Positions 21,558-30,193 of a stretch of 64,000 nt of DNA are shown one piece after another. The notes under the pieces were generated by a model. The model searched no databases. It saw nothing but the letters and a program-made list of their open reading frames with translations, and was not told the DNA's origin. Source of the DNA: an uncultured Actinomycetes bacterium (GTDB lineage: Bacteria > Actinomycetota > UBA4738 > HRBIN12); NCBI GenBank assembly GCA_963704725.1, contig OY969934.1, forward strand, positions 2,304,001 to 2,368,000. Reading direction: 5' to 3'. A program made the translations under genes and the position numbers. The stretch's first letter is position 1; each line of letters opens with the position of its first letter.

Positions 21558-22148
21558 GTGATCCGCTACGACTCCGCGACCGCCCTCCTCGTGGTCGACG
21601 TCCAGAACGACTTCGCCGACCCCAAGGGCAGCCTCTACGTTCGGGGCGGCGAGCGGGTCGTGCCCGTCGTGAACGAGGAGATCGAGCACGCGCTCGCGTC
21701 GGGGGCGACGGTCGTCTACACGCAGGACTGGCATCCCGAGGTCACCTCGCACTTCCAGAAGGACGGCGGCATCTGGCCCGTCCATTGCGTGGCGGAGTCC
21801 TGGGGCGCGGAGCTCCACCCCGACCTCCGGGTCGTCCCGGACGCGCCGGTCATCCGCAAGGGCGCCGACGGCCGGGACGGCTACTCGGCCTTCAGCGTCC
21901 GCGACCCGCGCAGCGGCGACGTCGAAGCGACGCGGCTCGAGTCACTCCTGCGCGAGCGCGGCCTCGAGGCGATCACGATCGCCGGGCTGGCCACGGACTA
22001 CTGCGTCGTCGAGACCGTGCTCGACGCCCGTCGCCTGGGGCACCCCACGACCGTCCTCCAGAACGGGATCCGGGCGGTCGAGCTGCAGGTGGGCGACGGC
22101 GAGCGCGCCCTCGGCCGGATCCGCGATGCCGGCGCCACCCTGGCCTGA
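21558..22148 (+). CDS. pncA: Nicotinamidase/isochorismatase family hydrolase
   Basis: VDVQNDF, DWHP, WPVHCV, YSAF, GLATDYCV. Confidence 0.9.
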   Translation: MIRYDSATALLVVDVQNDFADPKGSLYVRGGERVVPVVNEEIEHALASGATVVYTQDWHPEVTSHFQKDGGIWPVHCVAESWGAELHPDLRVVPDAPVIRKGADGRDGYSAFSVRDPRSGDVEATRLESLLRERGLEAITIAGLATDYCVVETVLDARRLGHPTTVLQNGIRAVELQVGDGERALGRIRDAGATLA

Positions 22149-22184
22149 GACCCGCCGGAGCCTCGGGTTCCGCGGCTCGGCGTC

Positions 22185-23027
22185 CTAGCTCTGGCACTGC
22201 GGGCAGAAGTACGAGTTCCGCCCCGAGATCTTCACGCTCTGGATGGGGGTTCGGCAGCGACGGCAGGGCAGCCCCGTGCGCCCGTAGACCTTCAGCTCGC
22301 CCTGGAACTCTCCCGGCTTGCCGAACAGGTCGACATAGGCCTCGTCGTCCAGGGTCGTTCCCCGGAACCGGATCGCCTCCTGCAGGACCTCCTGCATCGC
22401 CCGGTAGAGCCGGCGGACCTCCTGCGAGGACAGCGAGTCCGACATCCGGTCGTATCGCAGCCCCGCCGCGAACAGCACCTCGTCCGAGTAGATGTTGCCG
22501 AGCCCGCTGATGAACTTCTGGTCCATCAGGAGCTGCTTCATCTTCGTGGCGCGCTGCGCCAGCGCCCCCCCGAACGCGTTCCACGTGAACACGTGGTCCA
22601 GGGGGTCGATCGCGATGTGCTGGAGCTCCTTCACCTTGCCGAGCTCGTCGGCCGTGGTGACGAACATCTCACCGAACGTCCTCGGGTCGACGTAGCGGAG
22701 GTCGCCGCCCTGCTGGAACGTCATGACGACGTGCGTGTGCGGCGGCAGCGGGACGCGCTTGGTCCCCCGGATGAACTGCCCGCTCATCCCGAAGTGCACG
22801 ACGAGCACCTCGCCGTTGTCCAGGTGGAGCAGCACGTACTTGCCCCGGCGCTCCGCCTTCGTGAACTTGCGGCCGAGCAGCCGGTCCGTGAACTCCTTGC
22901 GCTTGCCGTGCCGCCGGATCACGCGCATCGCGTTGCGCGACGGACGCACCTCCGAATCGGAGACCTTGCGTCCGACGACGTCCTTCTCGAGGTCGCGGCG
23001 CATCACCTCGACTTCGGGAAGCTCCAC
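22185..23027 (-). CDS. mutM: Formamidopyrimidine-DNA glycosylase (Fpg/Nei)
   Basis: ELPEVE, RRGKY, HFGMSG, GLGNIYSDE, C-terminal Zn finger. The N-terminus reads M-E-L-P-E, without the usual Pro2. Confidence 0.92.
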   Translation of the reverse strand: MELPEVEVMRRDLEKDVVGRKVSDSEVRPSRNAMRVIRRHGKRKEFTDRLLGRKFTKAERRGKYVLLHLDNGEVLVVHFGMSGQFIRGTKRVPLPPHTHVVMTFQQGGDLRYVDPRTFGEMFVTTADELGKVKELQHIAIDPLDHVFTWNAFGGALAQRATKMKQLLMDQKFISGLGNIYSDEVLFAAGLRYDRMSDSLSSQEVRRLYRAMQEVLQEAIRFRGTTLDDEAYVDLFGKPGEFQGELKVYGRTGLPCRRCRTPIQSVKISGRNSYFCPQCQS

Positions 23028-23807
23028 CTACGCCCCCTTCGCCCTCGCGGGCTCGTCTCCTGCGGAGGCGGCCGGTCGCGCATCCGCTCCCGTTCCCCCC
23101 GCCCGCTCCGTCAGCCGCACGTAGGCCTCGTGCGCCGCCTGCTGCTCGGCCTCCTTCTTGGACCGCCCGATGCCGCTTCCCCACGCCTTGCCGGACAGGT
23201 GCACCGTCGCCGTGAACTCCTTCTCGTGGTCCGGGCCGCGCTCGGCGATGCGGTACTCGGGCAAGGCGTGCAGGTCCGCCGAGGCGAGCTCCTGCAGGAT
23301 CGTCTTGTAGTCGCGCTCGATGCCTTCGTCCTTCCGGACGTACGCGATCATCCGCGGCCGGAACAGCCGGTCGACGAGCTTGCGCGCCGCGTCGAGGCCC
23401 CGGTCGAGGTAGATCGCGCCGAGGATGGCCTCGACGGCGTCGGCCAGGATGCTGCTCTTGTCGCGCCCGCCGCTCATCTCCTCGCCCTTGCCCAGCAGGA
23501 GGTACCGGCCGAGGCCGAGATCCCGCGCCACGTCGGCCAGCGCTCTCATGTTCACGATGGCGGCGCGCAGCTTGGCGAGCTCCCCCTCCGGCATGCCGGG
23601 GAACTCGCGGAACGCCATGTCCGTGACGACGATGCCGAGCACGGCGTCCCCGAGGAACTCGAGCCGCTCGTTGTTCGTCGGAAGCTCGTTCTCGAACGCG
23701 TACGAGCGGTGCGTGAGCGCGAGCTCGCGCAGCGCGGCGTCCTTGAACCTGATGCCGAGCGCGCGATCGAGCGCCTTCGGGTCCTCCGCGGCGCGCTGGG
23801 AGGTCAC
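23028..23807 (-). CDS. rnc: Ribonuclease III
   Basis: ALTHRS, NERLEFLGDAVL, dsRBD DYKTILQE...SKKEAEQ. Confidence 0.97.
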   Translation of the reverse strand: MTSQRAAEDPKALDRALGIRFKDAALRELALTHRSYAFENELPTNNERLEFLGDAVLGIVVTDMAFREFPGMPEGELAKLRAAIVNMRALADVARDLGLGRYLLLGKGEEMSGGRDKSSILADAVEAILGAIYLDRGLDAARKLVDRLFRPRMIAYVRKDEGIERDYKTILQELASADLHALPEYRIAERGPDHEKEFTATVHLSGKAWGSGIGRSKKEAEQQAAHEAYVRLTERAGGTGADARPAASAGDEPARAKGA

Positions 23808-23811
23808 GCCG

Positions 23812-23988
23812 TCACTCGACCTCGATGGCCTGGCGTCCCGCGTAGTACCCGCAGTTGGCGCACACGCGGTGCGGCAGCTTGGGCTGGTGGCACTGCGGAC
23901 ACTCGGAGTACGTGGGTGGCTGGGCCTTCCAGTTGGCCTTGCGCTTCGCCCCTCGGGTGTGGGACTGGCGGCGTTTGGGAACCGGCAT
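23812..23988 (-). CDS. rpmF: 50S ribosomal protein L32 (Zn-ribbon form), absent from the ORF track
   Basis: Manual translation MPVPKRRQSHTRGAKRKANWK...CPQC...PHRVCANCGYY. Confidence 0.96.
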   Translation of the reverse strand: MPVPKRRQSHTRGAKRKANWKAQPPTYSECPQCHQPKLPHRVCANCGYYAGRQAIEVE

Positions 23989-24006
23989 CGTCCGTGTCCT
24001 TTCGCG

Positions 24007-24528
24007 TCAGTTCGTCTCGTCGATGGGATCATGCGTCGCGTCCAGCAGCACCTCGAGCCCGGCCCACCGCGGATCGGTCTCGTCGTGCCCTGGGCACTCG
24101 CCGAGGTTGCGATCGCCGCCGCACACGGCACACAGCCCGAGGCAGTCCGGACGGCACAGCGGCGAGAACGGGATCTCGAGGACGACCGCGTCGCGAACCA
24201 TGGGCTCTGGGTCGAGCGTGAGGTCCGACGCGAGCGCGTAGTCGTCGTCCGGTCCGGGGTCGCGGACGTAGAGCTCGTCCATGGCCAGGTCGAAGGCGCG
24301 GTCGAACTCCTTCAGGCATCGCGCGCACCGCATCGCGAACCGGCCGCCGATGCTCCCGTGGACGTAGACGCCGTCGACGACGCTCTCGAGGGTGAGCTCG
24401 CCCTCCAGGGGCTGATCCTCCGGAACCCCGGCCAGCTCCGTATGGAGGCCGGGGACGGACTCGAGGACCCGGACGGTCTTGGCGGCGCCGGGGCTCTCGA
24501 GCAGATCGCGGACATCGATCTGACGCAT
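24007..24528 (-). CDS. yceD: YceD/DUF177 family protein
   Basis: CARCL, PLCRPDCLGLCAVCG, DPRWAGL. Upstream of rpmF. Confidence 0.93.
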   Translation of the reverse strand: MRQIDVRDLLESPGAAKTVRVLESVPGLHTELAGVPEDQPLEGELTLESVVDGVYVHGSIGGRFAMRCARCLKEFDRAFDLAMDELYVRDPGPDDDYALASDLTLDPEPMVRDAVVLEIPFSPLCRPDCLGLCAVCGGDRNLGECPGHDETDPRWAGLEVLLDATHDPIDETN

Positions 24529-25079
24529 CACGCCCCCTCGTCCTCCATCTCGGGCATCTGCACGTCCGGGCCGATGTCCGCGTTGGTGGACGGGATACGG
24601 CCGCGGAGCTTCTCGCGCCCACCCTGCACCTGGTCGATCGTCCGCGAGAGCGACTGGTTGGATCCGATCATGTCCTCGAGGATCCGCTGGAGCTGCCCCT
24701 CGAGCTGCGCGAGCTTGGCGTCGACGTAGTCCTCCGCCTCCAGGCGGAGCCGGCGGGCGTCCTCCCCCGCCTCCTGCAGGATCCGCTCGGACTCGTCGTT
24801 GGCCTTCTGCACCACGGCCTCGTGCGAGGCCAGCCGGAGCTGCTCCTGCCTCGCCTGCTCCACCATGGCCTCCGCGTCGCGGCGCGCCTTGGCCAGGAGC
24901 TCCTCGCGGTCCTTCACGATCCATCTGGCCTGCTTGATCTCGTCGGGCAGCGCGTCCTTCATCTGCTCGATGAGCTCCAGCACCTCGTCGCGGTTCAGCA
25001 GCGCGGACGAGGACAGCGGCATCGACTTGGCCTCGCGGACCATCTCCTCGAGCTGGTGGATCCGGGAAGACAGGTCCAT
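24528..25079 (-). CDS. Conserved coiled-coil protein (DivIVA-like / 'ATP synthase subunit B-like' family)
   Basis: EAKSMPLS...LPDEIKQA...AEDYVDAKLA. Usual gene between coaD and yceD. Confidence 0.8.
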   Translation of the reverse strand: MDLSSRIHQLEEMVREAKSMPLSSSALLNRDEVLELIEQMKDALPDEIKQARWIVKDREELLAKARRDAEAMVEQARQEQLRLASHEAVVQKANDESERILQEAGEDARRLRLEAEDYVDAKLAQLEGQLQRILEDMIGSNQSLSRTIDQVQGGREKLRGRIPSTNADIGPDVQMPEMEDEGA

Positions 25080-25571
25080 CTACTCCCCTCCCCCCTCGCC
25101 GAGCCGCTCGCGGAGCCGCTGGGCGACGACCTCCGGCACGAGCCCGCTCACGTCGCCGCCGAAGCTCGCGACCTCCTTGACCAGCGAGGAGCTGAGGAAC
25201 GACCACTGGGGAGCCGTCGTGATGAACAGCGTCTCGAGCCCGGACAGCGAGTGGTTCATCTGCGCCATCTGGATCTCGTACTCGAAGTCCGTGACCGCCC
25301 GAAGGCCCTTGACGACGACGTCGGCGCCTCGCCGCCGCGCGTAGTCGACGAGCAGCCCGGAGAAGGCGTCGACCTCGACCTTGGGGATGGGCTGGGTGAC
25401 CTCCTTGAGGAGGGCGACCCGCTCCTCGACGGAGAACAGCGGCCGCTTGCCGGGGTTGTCGAGCACGCCGACCACCAGCGCATCGAAGCGCCGAGCAGCC
25501 CGTTCGATGATGTCGAGGTGACCGTTCGTCACGGGGTCGAACGTCCCCGGACAGAGGGCGGTCAGGCCCAT
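25080..25571 (-). CDS. coaD: Phosphopantetheine adenylyltransferase
   Basis: PGTFDPVTNGHLDII, KGLRAVTDFEYE, SSSLVKE. Confidence 0.98.
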   Translation of the reverse strand: MGLTALCPGTFDPVTNGHLDIIERAARRFDALVVGVLDNPGKRPLFSVEERVALLKEVTQPIPKVEVDAFSGLLVDYARRRGADVVVKGLRAVTDFEYEIQMAQMNHSLSGLETLFITTAPQWSFLSSSLVKEVASFGGDVSGLVPEVVAQRLRERLGEGGGE

Positions 25572-26123
25572 CTAAGCCTCCCGGAAGATCAGCACGGCCG
25601 TGTCGCCGTACTCCAGGCGTTTCGCGACGAGCCAGTGTACCGGAATGCCAGGCGTGGAATTCCTTCTCGCCCTGGTCAGAGCCACTGTTCCGCCCTCCGC
25701 CACCCACCCGCCGGACACTGCGGCCAGCATCGCGTCCACCGTGGAGGGTGGCGAGTCGTAGGGCGGATCGGCCAGGACGAGGTCGAACGGGCCGCCCGCC
25801 GGGTCCCCGGACCCGAGGAACCCGAGCGCCTCGGCGACGACCACGCGGGCCCGGTCGCTCAGGTCGGTCCGCTCCAGGTTGTCGCGGAGGGTCCGAACGG
25901 CGGCTCGGCTCCGCTCCACGAAGACCGCGAGCTCGGCCCCGCGCGACAGGGCCTCGATCCCCAGGGCGCCCGTGCCGGCGAACAGGTCCAGGACCCGCGC
26001 TCCGGGGACGTCGGCGGCCAGGCTGGAGAACAGGCCCTCCCGGGCGCGGTCGGCGACGGGTCGGACGCCGGGAGGCACCGGGGCCAGCCGCGTGCCCTTG
26101 GCGGAGCCGGCGATGACGCGCAT
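25572..26123 (-). CDS. rsmD: 16S rRNA m2G966 methyltransferase
   Basis: MRVIAG, LDLFAGTGALGIEALSRGA, DPPY, YGDT. Confidence 0.95.
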   Translation of the reverse strand: MRVIAGSAKGTRLAPVPPGVRPVADRAREGLFSSLAADVPGARVLDLFAGTGALGIEALSRGAELAVFVERSRAAVRTLRDNLERTDLSDRARVVVAEALGFLGSGDPAGGPFDLVLADPPYDSPPSTVDAMLAAVSGGWVAEGGTVALTRARRNSTPGIPVHWLVAKRLEYGDTAVLIFREA

Positions 26124-26175
26124 GGGGCGACGACGCTACACGGTGGCCGCGCCGAAGGACCTCCGCGAACGGGGC

Positions 26176-26817
26176 CTAGACCAGCCCCGCCTCGTTCGCG
26201 TGTCTCACCAGCTCGGCTCGGGTGCGAAGGCCCAGCTTGCGCAGGACGCTCGCCCGATGGTTCTCGACGGTGCGCACCGAGACGTAGAGCATCGTGGCGA
26301 TCTCGGCGTTGGTGTGCCCGAGCGCGATCAGGCGGAGCACCTCGCGCTCGCGAGGCGTGAGGTCGTCGATGGCCCGGGCGTGGACCCGGCCGGGCGTCTC
26401 CCGCCACTTCGCCAGGGCCGCGCCGAGCGAGGGCTGCAGGTAGTCCGCTCCCCCCGCCACCTTTCGGACGGCGTCCACGAGCTCGGTGGAGGCGGTCTCC
26501 TTGAGCAGATACCCGCGCGCCCCGGCGGCCAGGCAGAGCTGCACGTCGGTCGGGTTGTCGACCATCGTCAGGACGAGGATCGCCGCGTGCGGATAGCGCT
26601 CCTTCAGCCGCCGGACGACGTCGGCGCCGCGGTCGTCGGGGAGCACCAGGTCGGCCACCACGACCTCGGGTTCGATCTCGAGCTCGACGGCCTCGGTCAC
26701 GGACCCCGCCTCGGCCATGACGTCGATGTCGTCCTGCCGCTCGAGCAGGGCGCGCAATCCCTCGCGGACGACGACGTGGTCGTCCATCAGCAGCACCGAG
26801 ATCCGCTCGTCGCTCAC
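26176..26817 (-). CDS. NarL/LuxR family response regulator
   Basis: DDHVVVREGL receiver. LTPREREVLRLIALGHTNAEIA HTH. Confidence 0.95.
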   Translation of the reverse strand: MSDERISVLLMDDHVVVREGLRALLERQDDIDVMAEAGSVTEAVELEIEPEVVVADLVLPDDRGADVVRRLKERYPHAAILVLTMVDNPTDVQLCLAAGARGYLLKETASTELVDAVRKVAGGADYLQPSLGAALAKWRETPGRVHARAIDDLTPREREVLRLIALGHTNAEIATMLYVSVRTVENHRASVLRKLGLRTRAELVRHANEAGLV

Positions 26818-29800
26818 CTGCGGGCACCCCCGTTCGCCTCGACCTGCGCGTCGACCTGCCCGTCGACCTGCCCGTCAACCTCGGTTGCCCCGATCGGCAC
26901 CAGTAGCCTAACCCGCGTTCCCGCCTCGACGGCGGACTCCACGACGAGCGACCCCTCGACCAGCTCGGCCCGCTCCCGCATGCCGATCAGCCCGAGACCG
27001 CGGCCCGGCTCGATCGTGGCGGGGTCGAACCCCCGGCCGTTGTCCTCGACCAGGGACGTCAGCTGCCCGTTGGCGCGCTGGAGCAGGATCGAGATCGCCG
27101 AGGCGTGAGCGTGCTTCTGGGCGTTGTGGACGGCCTCCTGGACCACGCGGTAGACCACGGCCTCGGACTCGGGAGCCAGGCGAACGTCGCCGATCTGCTC
27201 GTGGAGATCGACGGTGAGCTCGGGCGTCGACGTCTCGTCGGCGAGCCGGCGGATGGCCGGGACGAGGCCAAGCCGCTCGAGCTCGGGGGGACGCAGGCTC
27301 CACACGAGCTGCCGGCTGTCGACGATCGCGCGGCGGATCAGCTCGTTGACGCGGATGGCCCGGGGCTTGGCCTCCTCGCTGACCTGATCGGCGAGGTCGG
27401 AGGCGAACAGCGAGATCGAGGTGAGGACCTGGCCCAGGCCGTCGTGGAGCTCCAGAGCCACGCGCTCCCGCTCCTCCTCCTGCGCGCGCACGATGCGGTG
27501 GAGCATCTGCTGCCGCTCCTCCGCGAGGCGACCGAGCTCCTCGGCTCGATCGGCGAGCGCCTGGCGAAGGCGCATCTGTCCGATCGCGATGGCGAGCTCG
27601 GCGCCGACCTCCTTGGCGATGTCCTGCGCCTCCTCCCCGAACGCGTTGGCCTTCCTCGACATCAGGATCAGCGCGCCGAGCTCCGACTCCCCGCTGCGCA
27701 GGGCGATCGACATGACGCTTCGGACCCCGACCTCGCGCACGGCGATGAGGTGGGCGGCGTCCTCGTTCGGCGGGCCGAGCTCCTGCAGGTCGGCGATGAC
27801 CAGGTCCCGCCCCAACGCCTCCCGGGCGCGCTCGTTGAGGGGACTCGACTCGAGATCGGTCGCCGGCTTCAGATCCGCGTCGCCCCGGACGGCCCCGTAC
27901 ACGAACCCGTTCGTGCCGGGGTCGACGAGCGCGACCGCGCTACGGTCGTGCGGGACGAGGAGCCGAAGGTGATCCAGGGTTCGCCCGGCCATCTCGTCGA
28001 TCGACGTCGAGGACAGGACCTCGCGGTCGATGAGGTGGAGCAGCTCCAGACGGGTGGCGAGCCGGAGCTGGCGGTCCAGCGCCGTCCGGCGCTCGTCCTC
28101 GGCCCGCCGCCGGGCCGTGATGTCGACCAGGACGCCCTGATAGAAGAGCGGCTCTCCGTCCGCGCTGCGCACGAGCGCGGCCCGATCCTGGACCCACACC
28201 TCGCGTCCGTCCTCGGCGATCATCCGGTACTCGATGTCGAGGGGCTGCTGCCGCTCGATCGACACCCGGCCGGTCCTGCCCAGCCGCTCGCGATCCGCCG
28301 GGTGCACGATGCGCATCCAGAACGTCGGGTCGCCGCCCCACGCATCTCGCGGGTACCCGAGGAGCTCGACGATCTGCGGGCTGATGTACGTGACGGGGGC
28401 GGGGACGCGATCGGCATCGTGGAGGTAGACGATGGCCGGGCCGTCCTCGACGAGGTTGCGGTACTTCTCTTCCGCCGCCCGGAGCCCGATGGCCGCCCGC
28501 TCCCGCTCGATGGCCAGGCCGATGATCGCGGCGATCGCCTCGAGGAACCGGACCTCTTGATCGGTGAACGCCCGGCGCGTCGTCGTCAGCGCCGACAGCA
28601 CGCCGTACGGACGATCCTCGCCGTTGACGACGGTGGCCATGCCGCTCACGACGCCGTGGTCGACCATGTGCGGCGGCGGCTCGAAGCGTTGCTCGGTCGC
28701 CAGGTCCTCGACGATCACCGGTCCCCCCACCCGCAGCGTGTGGGAGGCGAGCCACCGGTTTCGGCGGTTGAAGGTCAGGGACCCGACCACTCCCGGGCGC
28801 CACCCCACGCCGGCTCGCATCACGATGGTCTCGTCGTCCGGCAGCAGCTCCAGGACGCCCGCGAGGGGAACCTCGAGCGTCTCGGCCACCAGCGCCGAGG
28901 CCGAGCTCAGGAGACCCTGCAGGTCCCGGCTCTGGAGCGCGGCGAGCCCGAGTCCGGCCACCGTCTCCTGTTGCCGCTGGTGCCGCGCGAGCTCTTCGAC
29001 GGCGCGACGGCGCTCCGAGATGTCGGCGAGAACGCCGAGCAGCCCGGTGACCGTCCCGTCGGCTCCCAACAGCGGCGCCGTCGAGAGGCTGACGTCCACC
29101 CTCATCCCGTCCTTGCGCATCCGGACGGTCTCGAGCCCGACGATGGGCTGCCGGTTCAAGGTCCGATCGCGGACTCGCAGGAACTCCTCCCACTTGTCCT
29201 CGGGGTGGTACGGAACCTGCCGACCGACGATCTCGGCCTCCGTCCACCCGAAGATCCGCTCGGCGGCGGGGTTCCAGTGGCGGACCCGGCCGTCGGTCTC
29301 CAGGACCAGGATCGCGAGGGGCGAGGCACTGAAGACGCCGCGCAACGACTCGGAGAGCTCTTGAAGGGCGTCGGTCTGGGACCGCTGCTCCGTGATGTCG
29401 ACCATGATCCCCTGCCAGACCGCGGGGCGGTCCTCGTCGCCCGGGATGAGCACCGCCTCGTCGTGGATCCAGACCACGGTCCCGTCCGGCCGGAGGGCGC
29501 GGTACTCGAGGCTCATGCCGCCTCGGGCGTCCGCGAGCTCGTTCATCGCCAGGACGCCGGGCCAGTCGTCCGGATGAATGACCTTCTTCCACAGATCGAT
29601 GTCGGCCATCCACGCCTCGGGCGTGTAGCCGAGCAGATCCTCGAGCTGAGGCGCGACGTAGACGCAGCGCGTGACGGCCGGGTCGACCGGATCGACCTCG
29701 TTCAGCCACACGACACCGGGGACCCGCTCGACGAGCGAGCGATAGCGGGCCTCGGACCTGCCGAGCGCCTCGGACGCCGCGGTCGCCTGCGCCACGGCCC

Positions 29801-30041
29801 GCTCCCACTGGCGGCCGGCGCGGCGGGCCAGCAGGAACACGAACCCCGAGGACGCCAGGACGAACACGACGCCCTTGACCGTCTGCGCCCACGCCTCGAC
29901 CCGCTCCGAGGTGAGCACGTCGAGCGCTCGGTCGGACAGGAGGATCCATGCGATGCCCAAGAGCGCGAAGGCGACGGCGACGCCGGCCGCCGCGCGGCTC
30001 GCGCTTCGTCCTGGATGACCGTTCGACATCGGTTCGGGCAT
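26814..30041 (-). CDS. Membrane sensor histidine kinase (2 TM, 3 PAS, 2 GAF, HisKA_3, HATPase)
   Basis: IHPDD/VHPAD PAS-PAC motifs, WNPAAERIFGW, EEERERVALELHDGLGQ, QEAVHNAQKHA, DNGRGF, GLGLIGMRER. Confidence 0.95.
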   Translation of the reverse strand: MPEPMSNGHPGRSASRAAAGVAVAFALLGIAWILLSDRALDVLTSERVEAWAQTVKGVVFVLASSGFVFLLARRAGRQWERAVAQATAASEALGRSEARYRSLVERVPGVVWLNEVDPVDPAVTRCVYVAPQLEDLLGYTPEAWMADIDLWKKVIHPDDWPGVLAMNELADARGGMSLEYRALRPDGTVVWIHDEAVLIPGDEDRPAVWQGIMVDITEQRSQTDALQELSESLRGVFSASPLAILVLETDGRVRHWNPAAERIFGWTEAEIVGRQVPYHPEDKWEEFLRVRDRTLNRQPIVGLETVRMRKDGMRVDVSLSTAPLLGADGTVTGLLGVLADISERRRAVEELARHQRQQETVAGLGLAALQSRDLQGLLSSASALVAETLEVPLAGVLELLPDDETIVMRAGVGWRPGVVGSLTFNRRNRWLASHTLRVGGPVIVEDLATEQRFEPPPHMVDHGVVSGMATVVNGEDRPYGVLSALTTTRRAFTDQEVRFLEAIAAIIGLAIERERAAIGLRAAEEKYRNLVEDGPAIVYLHDADRVPAPVTYISPQIVELLGYPRDAWGGDPTFWMRIVHPADRERLGRTGRVSIERQQPLDIEYRMIAEDGREVWVQDRAALVRSADGEPLFYQGVLVDITARRRAEDERRTALDRQLRLATRLELLHLIDREVLSSTSIDEMAGRTLDHLRLLVPHDRSAVALVDPGTNGFVYGAVRGDADLKPATDLESSPLNERAREALGRDLVIADLQELGPPNEDAAHLIAVREVGVRSVMSIALRSGESELGALILMSRKANAFGEEAQDIAKEVGAELAIAIGQMRLRQALADRAEELGRLAEERQQMLHRIVRAQEEERERVALELHDGLGQVLTSISLFASDLADQVSEEAKPRAIRVNELIRRAIVDSRQLVWSLRPPELERLGLVPAIRRLADETSTPELTVDLHEQIGDVRLAPESEAVVYRVVQEAVHNAQKHAHASAISILLQRANGQLTSLVEDNGRGFDPATIEPGRGLGLIGMRERAELVEGSLVVESAVEAGTRVRLLVPIGATEVDGQVDGQVDAQVEANGGARR
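26839..26880 (-). repeat. Short 12-bp tandem repeat encoding (VDGQ)n at the kinase C-terminus
   Basis: + strand TCGACCTGCGCG TCGACCTGCCCG TCGACCTGCCCG TCAACC. Confidence 0.7.
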
Positions 30042-30080
30042 CCCTCCCGATCTCCCGCCCGTGCGGCTGTCCCCCGACTA

Positions 30081-30107
30081 ACGTCGGCAGGCACCAGCCA
30101 ACCTTGA
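30081..30107 (-). promoter_or_regulatory. Candidate sigma28/WhiG-type promoter for the kinase-regulator operon
   Basis: TCAAGGTT-N11-GCCGACGT, compared with the sigma28 consensus TAAAGTTT-N11-GCCGATAA. Confidence 0.45.
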
Positions 30108-30193
30108 AGTGGCCCCCCGGCCACGGGGCCGTTCGGCCGGTCCCGTCTGGGCCAACCGGCCCCGGCTCGGTCGCGCCACGTGCGTGCGCCGGC

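Noticed and set aside
17892-30107. Very long opposite-strand or alternate-frame ORFs (e.g. 17892-21491 +, 27105-30107 +, also 43821-46697 +)
   Set aside because: These are shadows of real genes in high-GC DNA with few stop codons. They have no recognisable motifs and fully overlap well-supported CDSs.
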